DNA of 32,000 nucleotides from an uncultured Chloroflexia bacterium. Its GTDB lineage: Bacteria > Chloroflexota > Anaerolineae > Anaerolineales > Anaerolineaceae. The translations under genes were made by a program, and so were the position numbers. The notes beneath the pieces were generated by a model. That model saw only the letters and a list, made by a program, of their open reading frames with translations, was not told where the DNA came from and did no database searches. Location: assembly GCA_963704755.1 (NCBI GenBank), contig OY969938.1, positions 1,320,001-1,352,000 of the forward strand, written 5' to 3'. The first letter of the stretch is position 1. Each line of letters starts with the position of its first letter. Positions 24,170 to 31,131 of the stretch are shown one piece after another.

Positions 24170-24277
24170 TGATTTGATCCCAAGGGTGTGAGTAGGTACA
24201 GCACGCCTTATTGTAACGTGAGTTTGGAAAATTTCGTAGGCGCAGGAAAATCACCAAAGTGTGGGGAGAAGAGATTA

Positions 24278-25300
24278 ACCACGGAGGCACGGAGGACACG
24301 GAGAGGAAAAAAGATTTTAACCACAGAGGACACTGAGTTCACTGAGAAAAAAAAGAAGAGAAATTACTGTTTAAAATGACGATGGCATCAGGTGGATCGG
24401 CCCGGTCTCCAGACCGAGGCCGTTCTTATGCACCGATCAAGAGATTGCACCGCAGAGGCGCTGAGAGCGCGGAGAAGATTTTTTAGAAAGAACGCCGGCG
24501 TAGGGTGCGTTTTAGGGCTGAATTCTCTGACATCGGCGGACCACCAGGCCATTCGCCCACATCGGCGTGCCCGGAACGCACCATTACGGCGCAGATCTTA
24601 TAAATAAAACCACGGAGGCACGGAGGACACGGAGAGGAAAAAAGATTTTAACCACAGAGGACACTGAGTTCACTGAAAAAAGAAAGAAGAGAAATTACTG
24701 TTTAAAATGACGATGGCATCAGGTGGATCGGCCCGGTCTCCAGACCGAGGCCGCTCTTATACGCCGGCCAAGAGATTACACCGCAGAGGCGCTGAGAGCG
24801 CGGAGAAGATTTTTTAGAAAGAACGCCGGCGTAGGGTGCGTTTTAGGGCTGAATTCTCTGACATCGGCGGACCACCAGGCCATTCGCCCACATCGGCGTG
24901 CCCGGAACGCACCATTACGGCGCAGATCTTATAAATAAAACCACGGAGGCACGGAGGACACGGAGAGGAAAAAAGATTTTAACCACAGAGGACACTGAGT
25001 TCACTGAGAAAAGAAAGAAGAGAAATTACTGTTTAAAATGACGATGGCATCAGGTGGATCGGCCCGGTCTCCAGACCGAGGCCGTTCTTATGCACCGATC
25101 AAGAGATTGCACCGCAGAGGCGCTGAGAGCGCGGAGAAGATTTTTTAGAAAGAACGCCGGCGTAGGGTGCGTTTGAGGGCTGAATTCTCTGACATCGGCG
25201 GACCACCAGGCCATTCGCCCACATCGGCGTGCCCGGAACGCACCATTGCGGCGCAGATCTTATAAATAAAACCACGGAGGCACGGATGTCACGGAGAAAA
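24278..25300. repeat. tandem array, 3 full units of exactly 331 bp plus a partial fourth
   Basis: The unit start accacggaggcacgga recurs at 24278, 24609, 24940 and 25271. The duplicated 71-aa track ORFs at 24392 and 24723 are 331 nt apart. Confidence 0.92.
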
Positions 25301-25440
25301 ACGAAGAAAGAAATTAGGAAAGAGAATTTGTTAAACGCAGATCCGCCCGGCCCCTCGCAACCCTCGGCCGAGGCCGCTCTTCTGCACCAAGCCAAGAACC
25401 CGGCTTAGAAAGCCGGGCTACCCTCGCGCTCTTCTGCGCC

Positions 25441-25472
25441 AAACGAAAAGCCCGGCTTAGAAAGCCGGGCTA
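25441..25472 (-). terminator. intrinsic terminator of the 2-hydroxyacid dehydrogenase operon end
   Basis: The minus strand reads agcccggctt-tct-aagccgggct followed by tttcgttt. A second copy of the hairpin at 25398-25419 lacks a T-tract. Confidence 0.6.
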
Positions 25473-25475
25473 CAA

Positions 25476-25556
25476 CTAATCGCTAACAGCTAATTGCTAA
25501 TCGCTAACAGCTAATCGCTAAAAGCCAACCGCTAATCGCTACCCGCTATCCGCTCC
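25476..25556. repeat. microsatellite-like ctaatcgcta(a/c)cag repeats overlapping the 3' end of the CDS 25532..26503
   Basis: ctaatcgcta occurs 4 times, plus the variant ctaattgcta. On the minus strand it reads tagcgattag..., giving TAG in multiple frames. Confidence 0.75.
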
Positions 25557-26503
25557 AAATCTCTCGCATCGATGCCCAGACCCTCCAGCATGTTGCGGAT
25601 GGTGCTCCAGTGCACCCGCTCCCAGGCGGACGGGCTGGAATTGGTGTTGTGCGGGGCCAGCATGACGTTATCCATCTTCAGCAGGGGCGAATTGGCCGAC
25701 AGGGGTTCCACCTCGAACACGTCCAGGGCCGCTCCGGCGATCTGGCCCTGCTGCAGGGCCGCGACCAGGGCGGGCTCGTCCACCAGCGGACCGCGGGCCG
25801 TGTTGATCAAAATGGCTTCTTTCTTCATCCGGGCCAGGGTTTCGGCCCGCATAATGTGCAAGCTGCTCGGGTTCAAGTCGCAGTTCAGGCTGACAAAGTC
25901 GGCCCGGGCCAACAACTCGTCCAGCGGCAGCATGGTGACGCCGTTCTCGATCACAAAATCCGGTGCAATGCGGATAATATCGTTGCCCAGCAGGTCCATA
26001 CCAAAGGCCCGCGCCCGGCGGATGACGGCCTTGCCGATATTGCCCAGCCCGATCACCCCCAGGGTGCACTCGGAAAGCGAACGTCCGGGCAATTTGGTCC
26101 AGGCGCCGGTCCGCATGGCCCGGTCCATCCAGGGCTGGCGGCGGGCGAAGGCCAGCATGTAGGCCATTACACTGTCCGCAACCGGTAAGGTGAAGGCGTT
26201 CGGCGTGTTGCGCACCTGGATCCCCAGCCGGGCAGCCGCCTGCTGGTCGATTGAATCGATCCCGGTGCCCCACTTGGAGATCACCTTCAGGCGCGGCAGG
26301 CAGGCCTGCTGGACCCGCTCGCTGAAACGGTCATCGCCGCACAGGGCCGCGTCGAACTGGCCGGCGAAACGTAAAATTTCTTCTTCCGAAAGGCGTTCGT
26401 TGACCTCCGGGACGATCAAATCCAGGTTGTAATGGGCAAAGACCGGGCGAAATCGGTCCAGAAAAGGCAGTAAATAGGGTGCAGATACCAAAACGGTTGG
26501 CAT
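25532..26503 (-). CDS. D-isomer-specific 2-hydroxyacid dehydrogenase (PGDH/GhrB-like), NAD-binding
   Basis: GLGNIGKAV (GxGxxG), NTARGPLVDE, and the ALDVFEVEP...LAPH catalytic His region, in a 323-aa protein. Confidence 0.85.
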   Translation of the reverse strand: MPTVLVSAPYLLPFLDRFRPVFAHYNLDLIVPEVNERLSEEEILRFAGQFDAALCGDDRFSERVQQACLPRLKVISKWGTGIDSIDQQAAARLGIQVRNTPNAFTLPVADSVMAYMLAFARRQPWMDRAMRTGAWTKLPGRSLSECTLGVIGLGNIGKAVIRRARAFGMDLLGNDIIRIAPDFVIENGVTMLPLDELLARADFVSLNCDLNPSSLHIMRAETLARMKKEAILINTARGPLVDEPALVAALQQGQIAGAALDVFEVEPLSANSPLLKMDNVMLAPHNTNSSPSAWERVHWSTIRNMLEGLGIDARDLERIAGSD

Positions 26504-26517
26504 GGATGGATGGGCTC

Positions 26518-27216
26518 CTATGATTTTGTTTCCTCGCCTGATTCCAGGCGCCTGCTCATCAGCGTGTCCGCGACCAGGAAATCCAGTTCCTCGTCGATGT
26601 CCCAGGCTTCGGCTGCGTCGATTTGGTACAGGTACGGCCGTTCGCCGATGCGGTTACGGCGCTGTTCCAGCGTCCGCCTGCTGAACATATATATACACGA
26701 GTTTTCTTCATACACCGGAGGCAGGTCCTGGGTGCGCAGCAAAATAGCCGGGTTATGGTTGATCGGCCGGGCCAGGCCGTCCCACAAGCGGGATTGCAGG
26801 CGGGTGACCGAAAAGAGCGAATCGTAAGCGGGGTAATTTTGAGAGAATACATCGATTGTGCGAGAAATCGTCTCTGCTTTCAAAAGCGGGTTAGTCGAAT
26901 GGGTTTGCAGGTAGAAATCGGCCTGAAACTGGGAGGTATCGTACATCAAAATCTCGTTCATCGGCACGGTATCCGCGGTCAGCTCGACCGGCCGGCGCAG
27001 CACCTGCACCTGGGGGAACGCCTGGGCAATCCCTTCGATTAGCACGTCCGAATCGGTATCCACCACCACCCGGCTGATCTGGGGCACTTGCAGCAAAGTC
27101 GCCAGGATGTGCTGGTAGAGCGGCTTGCCTGCCAGGGGCCGGTAATTTTTCCCCTGCACCCGGACCGAATTGTGCCGCATGGGCACCAGAGCGCAAATAC
27201 TGAACGAATTATTCAT
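26518..27216 (-). CDS. NeuA/KdsB-family cytidylyltransferase (CMP-nonulosonate/ulosonate synthetase-like)
   Basis: The N-terminus ALVPMRHNSVRVQGKNYRPLAGKPLYQHIL matches the acylneuraminate cytidylyltransferase P-loop pattern (IPAR.GSK....KN...L.GKPL). 232 aa. Confidence 0.75.
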   Translation of the reverse strand: MNNSFSICALVPMRHNSVRVQGKNYRPLAGKPLYQHILATLLQVPQISRVVVDTDSDVLIEGIAQAFPQVQVLRRPVELTADTVPMNEILMYDTSQFQADFYLQTHSTNPLLKAETISRTIDVFSQNYPAYDSLFSVTRLQSRLWDGLARPINHNPAILLRTQDLPPVYEENSCIYMFSRRTLEQRRNRIGERPYLYQIDAAEAWDIDEELDFLVADTLMSRRLESGEETKS

Positions 27217-27246
27217 AGATATCCCAAAATCTCAAAAGATTATTGG

Positions 27247-27454
27247 CCACGGATGGACACAGATGGACACAGATTTATTTAATAAAATCGTCTCAAACTC
27301 ATCATCGTTTAATCATTTGAGCCGGTTTTAAATTCGGTTCTACAGGCCCTTCTCCTCGCTCAATCTGACAACATTTTATTGCAATGGATATTTCCACAAA
27401 AAAACTCTTGAGCATTTTACAAAAAAATCTGTGTGTATCTGTGTCCATCTGTGG
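27247..27454. repeat. MITE-like element: 30-nt inverted triple-heptamer modules flanking ~150 nt of AT-rich DNA
   Basis: ccacggatggacacagatggacacagattt (27247-27276) versus aaatctgtgtgtatctgtgtccatctgtgg (27425-27454). The reverse complements match at about 26/30 positions. Confidence 0.7.
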
Positions 27455-27487
27455 TTCAATCCACATTTATTATAAGCAAATAAACTC

Positions 27488-28453
27488 TTAACCCTCGTAT
27501 TTGATCGGCGCGACCTCACGCCGGTCGGGTTCGCCGGCCAGGCCGGCATCGGCCCGCGGATAATAAAAGGTCTGCTTCAGCTTCCAGGTCAGCGGGCCGG
27601 ACTGCTGGTAGCCCTTGTAGGTACCCCAGAACTGCATCAGGCGGAAGCGGGCGATATTGAGCCACTCGCGGCCGAGCGCTTTCTCTTGCCCGGCGGCGCG
27701 CCAGTCCGTACGCACGTTGGTCCACCACAGGCGCAGGAAATCGTTCAGGCCAAACCGTTCCTGCGGGTAAATCTGCTTGAAGGCCATGCCCTCACGACGG
27801 TAGCGGTTAAGAATACCTTGCCAGGTCTCGTTGTGCACGTGGATAATCTCGGCCTCGGCCACATAAGCAATGGCCTGGCCCTGTTCCTGGGCCCAGCGAG
27901 CCCAACCCAGGTCTTCCAGGCCGGGCAGCAGCTCATCGTAGGGATGCTTCTGCCACAGCCCCCGGCGGATGGCGGCGTTGGCGTTGTTGCAGAAGGGCGT
28001 CGGCTGGTGGGCCAGCGACTGATCGGGGAACCAGGTACAAAAGATCTGGTGCTCGGAATATTTCGAACTCTGCGCCCCGCGCTGCTTGCCGTAGCTGACC
28101 GCCACCTGCGGGTCGTCGAACGGCTCCAGCAGGCGCTCGAGCCAATCGGGATAGACCGGGTACACGTGGGCCGAGGCCATCACCACCAGGTCACTGCGCG
28201 CCTGGGCCACGCCCAGGTTGAGCGAACGTCCAAAGGTGAACTCCTGCGGATGAATGTGCACCACTTCGACCGGGAAGCGCGAAGCGATGCTCACGGTGGC
28301 GTCCTGCGAACCCGAATCGACCAGGATGATTTGCACGTCCTTGACCGTCTGCTCGAGAATGCCGGTCAGCAGGCGGCCGATATGTTTCTCCTCGTTGTAG
28401 GCCCGGATCACAATCGAGCAGCGCGGTTTGGCCGTGTTGGCGTCCTCAGTCAC
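27488..28453 (-). CDS. glycosyltransferase family 2
   Basis: CSIVIRAYNEEKHIGRLLTGILEQT...ILVDSGSQD. GTG 28453 gives a GTGACTGA overlap with the upstream stop (28446-28448). The track start at 28513 would overlap the upstream gene by 68 nt. Confidence 0.82.
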   Translation of the reverse strand: MTEDANTAKPRCSIVIRAYNEEKHIGRLLTGILEQTVKDVQIILVDSGSQDATVSIASRFPVEVVHIHPQEFTFGRSLNLGVAQARSDLVVMASAHVYPVYPDWLERLLEPFDDPQVAVSYGKQRGAQSSKYSEHQIFCTWFPDQSLAHQPTPFCNNANAAIRRGLWQKHPYDELLPGLEDLGWARWAQEQGQAIAYVAEAEIIHVHNETWQGILNRYRREGMAFKQIYPQERFGLNDFLRLWWTNVRTDWRAAGQEKALGREWLNIARFRLMQFWGTYKGYQQSGPLTWKLKQTFYYPRADAGLAGEPDRREVAPIKYEG

Positions 28454-30077
28454 CGGAGCCCTCCTCCCCGTCCGGGAGCAGGAACGGCCCGTTCTGTAAG
28501 ATCCCTTCGACAATGGCCCGCATGCTGGCCGAGTTCTCAGGCAGCAGGTCGGACCAGCTCAACTTACCCTTAAGGAGCACGAAACCGGGGGTCATGTCCG
28601 GCTCAAGGAATGCCTGCAAAGGCAGCGAGGTCTTGAACAACTGGTAATATAAGAAGCGCCGGGCATTTTGGGCAAATTCAGCCGGCAGGGGTACTTTGTC
28701 CAGGGCCAGAAAATCCTCAGCCATCTGCAAGTAAGCCGCCGGTGAGGCCGGGAAATAAACCGTGGGGAGCTGGGTAAAACGGGCCCGCCCGGCGCACAGC
28801 ACCGCCGCGCCCAGGATGGCCGCTTCCAGCCCGATGGTCGAGTTATAGATCATCACAAACTTGGAACGCTGGATCAGCTCGTAGGAGCTGAGGTATTCGC
28901 GCGGGGGCACGAACCACACGTTGGGCAGTTCAGTCACCCGGTTGTGCGCGACCCAGGCCGCCACACTTGCGCGGGCCTGCTTGCCCGGCCGGTCTTCATC
29001 CGGGTGGGCGCGGATCACGAACAAGGTCTCCGGGTGGGCCTTGATCAGGCCCAAAACTGCATCCAGCCAGGCGAACATATCCGTAAACACGGTGTTGGCG
29101 TGGACCTGGCTGGTATCGAAGATCACGTTGGTGAACACCGGCACGATTTGCCTGAACCCGGCTGCCTTCCGGTCGAAATCCTCTCCCAGGCCGCGCATCT
29201 CCGGCCAAAACTGCACCCCGGCCATGCTGAACTTGCCCTGGATGCGTTTTTCCAGGTAAGCGTTCAGGCGCTCCTGCTGGCTATCGGAAAGCTGAAAATC
29301 GTCCGGGATATCGATCGGGTAAGCCGTGGCCTGGCCGTGGGTGAAATAGGCGGTCATGGGCTGCAAACCCACCTCGTGGGTGACCACCCACAGCCCATTT
29401 TCGAGCGCAATCCGCCGCGCGACGGCTTCCGGGAAGGCAATGCCGTTGAACACCACCAATCCACGCGGGTGCTGCTCGCTCAGAAAGCGGCGGAACTCGC
29501 CCGCTACCCGCCAGGCCGATAGGATGTACTGGCGTAACAGAAAACGGGTGCCTTCATCGTCCGGCAGGTCGTGGCAGCGCAGGGCCCACCGCAGCGAGGG
29601 CAGCACCAGCTCGCCCAAAGGCAGTTCCTGCCAGGTGAAGTCCTGCAACTTCGCCAGCGGCAATCCATGCAAGGCCCGCTCCAGGTCGGGATCGGCCTGA
29701 TAGCTGAACCCGTGCACCTGCCCGCCCGTGTAAAGGTGATCCGATTGGGCCACACAGGCATCACAGGGCGGGGCCTGGTTCGGGTCGTCCTTGTTGGTGC
29801 CGAGCTGGCAGCGGCTCATCCCGGCCCGGCAAACGAAATGAATCACCGGTGTCCCGGCCAGGCGCACCCCCCAGGAAGCCAACAGGGTAAAGGCGGCGTT
29901 CTGGCTCATCCAGGCCAGGCGGCTGGAAGCATTGAAAAAAGCTACCGGCCGTTCATCCGGCTTTAGGCCGGCCCGGCGCTCTACTTCGGCGGCCAGGGCC
30001 GCGATCCGGCGGTTATTGCGCGCTTGCAGTCCCCGGCGTTGGATGCCCTGGGACAGGTAAAAGTAAGACCACTTCAT
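28446..30077 (-). CDS. KpsC/KpsS-like (Capsule_synth-type) glycosyltransferase candidate with N-terminal Cys cluster
   Basis: FVIRAHPDE (HP motif) and VMIYNSTIGLEAAILGAAVLCAG resemble the Capsule_synth / beta-Kdo-transferase signature. CRAGMSRC...CDAC forms a 4-Cys cluster. ATG lies 9 nt after the NeuB-like stop. Confidence 0.5.
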   Translation of the reverse strand: MKWSYFYLSQGIQRRGLQARNNRRIAALAAEVERRAGLKPDERPVAFFNASSRLAWMSQNAAFTLLASWGVRLAGTPVIHFVCRAGMSRCQLGTNKDDPNQAPPCDACVAQSDHLYTGGQVHGFSYQADPDLERALHGLPLAKLQDFTWQELPLGELVLPSLRWALRCHDLPDDEGTRFLLRQYILSAWRVAGEFRRFLSEQHPRGLVVFNGIAFPEAVARRIALENGLWVVTHEVGLQPMTAYFTHGQATAYPIDIPDDFQLSDSQQERLNAYLEKRIQGKFSMAGVQFWPEMRGLGEDFDRKAAGFRQIVPVFTNVIFDTSQVHANTVFTDMFAWLDAVLGLIKAHPETLFVIRAHPDEDRPGKQARASVAAWVAHNRVTELPNVWFVPPREYLSSYELIQRSKFVMIYNSTIGLEAAILGAAVLCAGRARFTQLPTVYFPASPAAYLQMAEDFLALDKVPLPAEFAQNARRFLYYQLFKTSLPLQAFLEPDMTPGFVLLKGKLSWSDLLPENSASMRAIVEGILQNGPFLLPDGEEGSGD

Positions 30078-30086
30078 GCGCTAGGG

Positions 30087-30962
30087 TCAGTCGGTCACCC
30101 GGCGTAACTTTTTCAGCGAAGATAACTCGCTGTCATAGACCTTTTTGACGCCGTCGCCCAGGGCCTGTTCGGTCACGCGGATGTATTTGACCAGGCGTTC
30201 GAAGCCGCCCGGTTCGACTGAGGCAGCCTGGTCTGAGCCCCACATGGCCCGGTCGAGGGTAATATGGCGTTCTACCAGGCAGGCGCCTAACCCGACCGCC
30301 ACCACACTGGGGATCAGGCCCACTTCGTGGCCTGAATAGCCGATCGGGCAGTCGTATTCGCCCTTGAGCGTCTGTACCATGCGCAGGTTCAGGTCTTCCG
30401 GCGGGCAGGGATAGGCGCTGGTGGTGTGGCAAATCACCAGCCGGCCAGTGTCCAGGTATTGGATCGCCTGCTTGATCTGGTCCTGGGTGGACATGCCGGT
30501 GGAACAAATGACCGTCCGGCCGGTGCTGGTGAGCTTTTTCAGCAGGTCGTGATCGGTCAAGGCCGCCGAGGGCACCTTATAGGCTACCGGGTCGAAAGCC
30601 TCCATGAAATCCACCGAGGGTTCATCCCAGACCGAAGCGAACCAGGTGACGCCGATCTTTTTGGCGTAAGCATCGATCTCGCGGTACTGCTTCTCATCAA
30701 ATTCCACTTTATAGCGGTAATCCAGATAGGTGATGTATCCCCAGGGGGTTTCACGCATCACGTTGCGCTGGTCAACCGGCGTACACAGCTCCGGCGTGCG
30801 TTTCTGGAATTTGACCGCATCGATACCGGTTTGTTTGGCCACGTCCATCAACCTTTTGGCAATTTCCACATCGCCGTTGTGGTTGATTCCGATCTCCGCC
30901 ACAATGTAGGTCGGTTGACCTTCGCCGATCAACCGGTCCCCAATTTTTACTGTCTTCGCCAT
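30087..30962 (-). CDS. NeuB-family sialic-acid-type (nonulosonate) synthase, short form without C-terminal SAF domain
   Basis: YIVAEIGINHNGDVEIAKRLMDVAKQTGIDAVKFQKR and the HxV/GYSGHE region. It is 291 aa, versus about 346-350 aa for canonical bacterial NeuB. Confidence 0.85.
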   Translation of the reverse strand: MAKTVKIGDRLIGEGQPTYIVAEIGINHNGDVEIAKRLMDVAKQTGIDAVKFQKRTPELCTPVDQRNVMRETPWGYITYLDYRYKVEFDEKQYREIDAYAKKIGVTWFASVWDEPSVDFMEAFDPVAYKVPSAALTDHDLLKKLTSTGRTVICSTGMSTQDQIKQAIQYLDTGRLVICHTTSAYPCPPEDLNLRMVQTLKGEYDCPIGYSGHEVGLIPSVVAVGLGACLVERHITLDRAMWGSDQAASVEPGGFERLVKYIRVTEQALGDGVKKVYDSELSSLKKLRRVTD

Positions 30963-31016
30963 AGGTTCTCCATTTGGTTTATGCAGGAATAATGTAACCG
31001 TTCAGCCTTACCAACT

Positions 31017-31110
31017 AAAACCCCGAATTTGAGATGTTTACACGGACGAAGCCCGCACAAACATCTCAAATTCGAAAATTCTTTACCAGCCTGTCCGGTT
31101 ACGAAATAAT
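31017..31110. repeat. palindromic intergenic repeat, copy D
   Basis: ccccgaatttgagatgttt ... aaacatctcaaattcg (31021-31075) + tail aaaattctttaccagcctgtccggttacg. Confidence 0.8.
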
Positions 31111-31131
31111 TTGCTCAAAAGCATACTTCCT

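Noticed and set aside
24392-25395. Twin 71-aa ORFs (24392, 24723) and the 98-aa ORF 25099..25395 as a duplicated small-protein family
   Set aside because: They are generated by the 331-bp repeat and start at GTG without an SD. They are Arg-rich and low-complexity (RARRRFFRKN, RRARNAPLRRR), and they run opposite to the local transcription direction.
27440-27470. tRNA T-arm-like string ggttcaatcc
   Set aside because: There is no acceptor stem, D-arm or anticodon arm around it. The string is the end of the inverted heptamer module.
28454-28513. Upstream ATG start of the GT2 at 28513
   Set aside because: It would overlap the preceding gene by 68 nt and add an Arg/Ser-rich, non-conserved-looking leader. 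GTG 28453 gives the common 8-nt GTGACTGA coupling overlap. It is not excluded.
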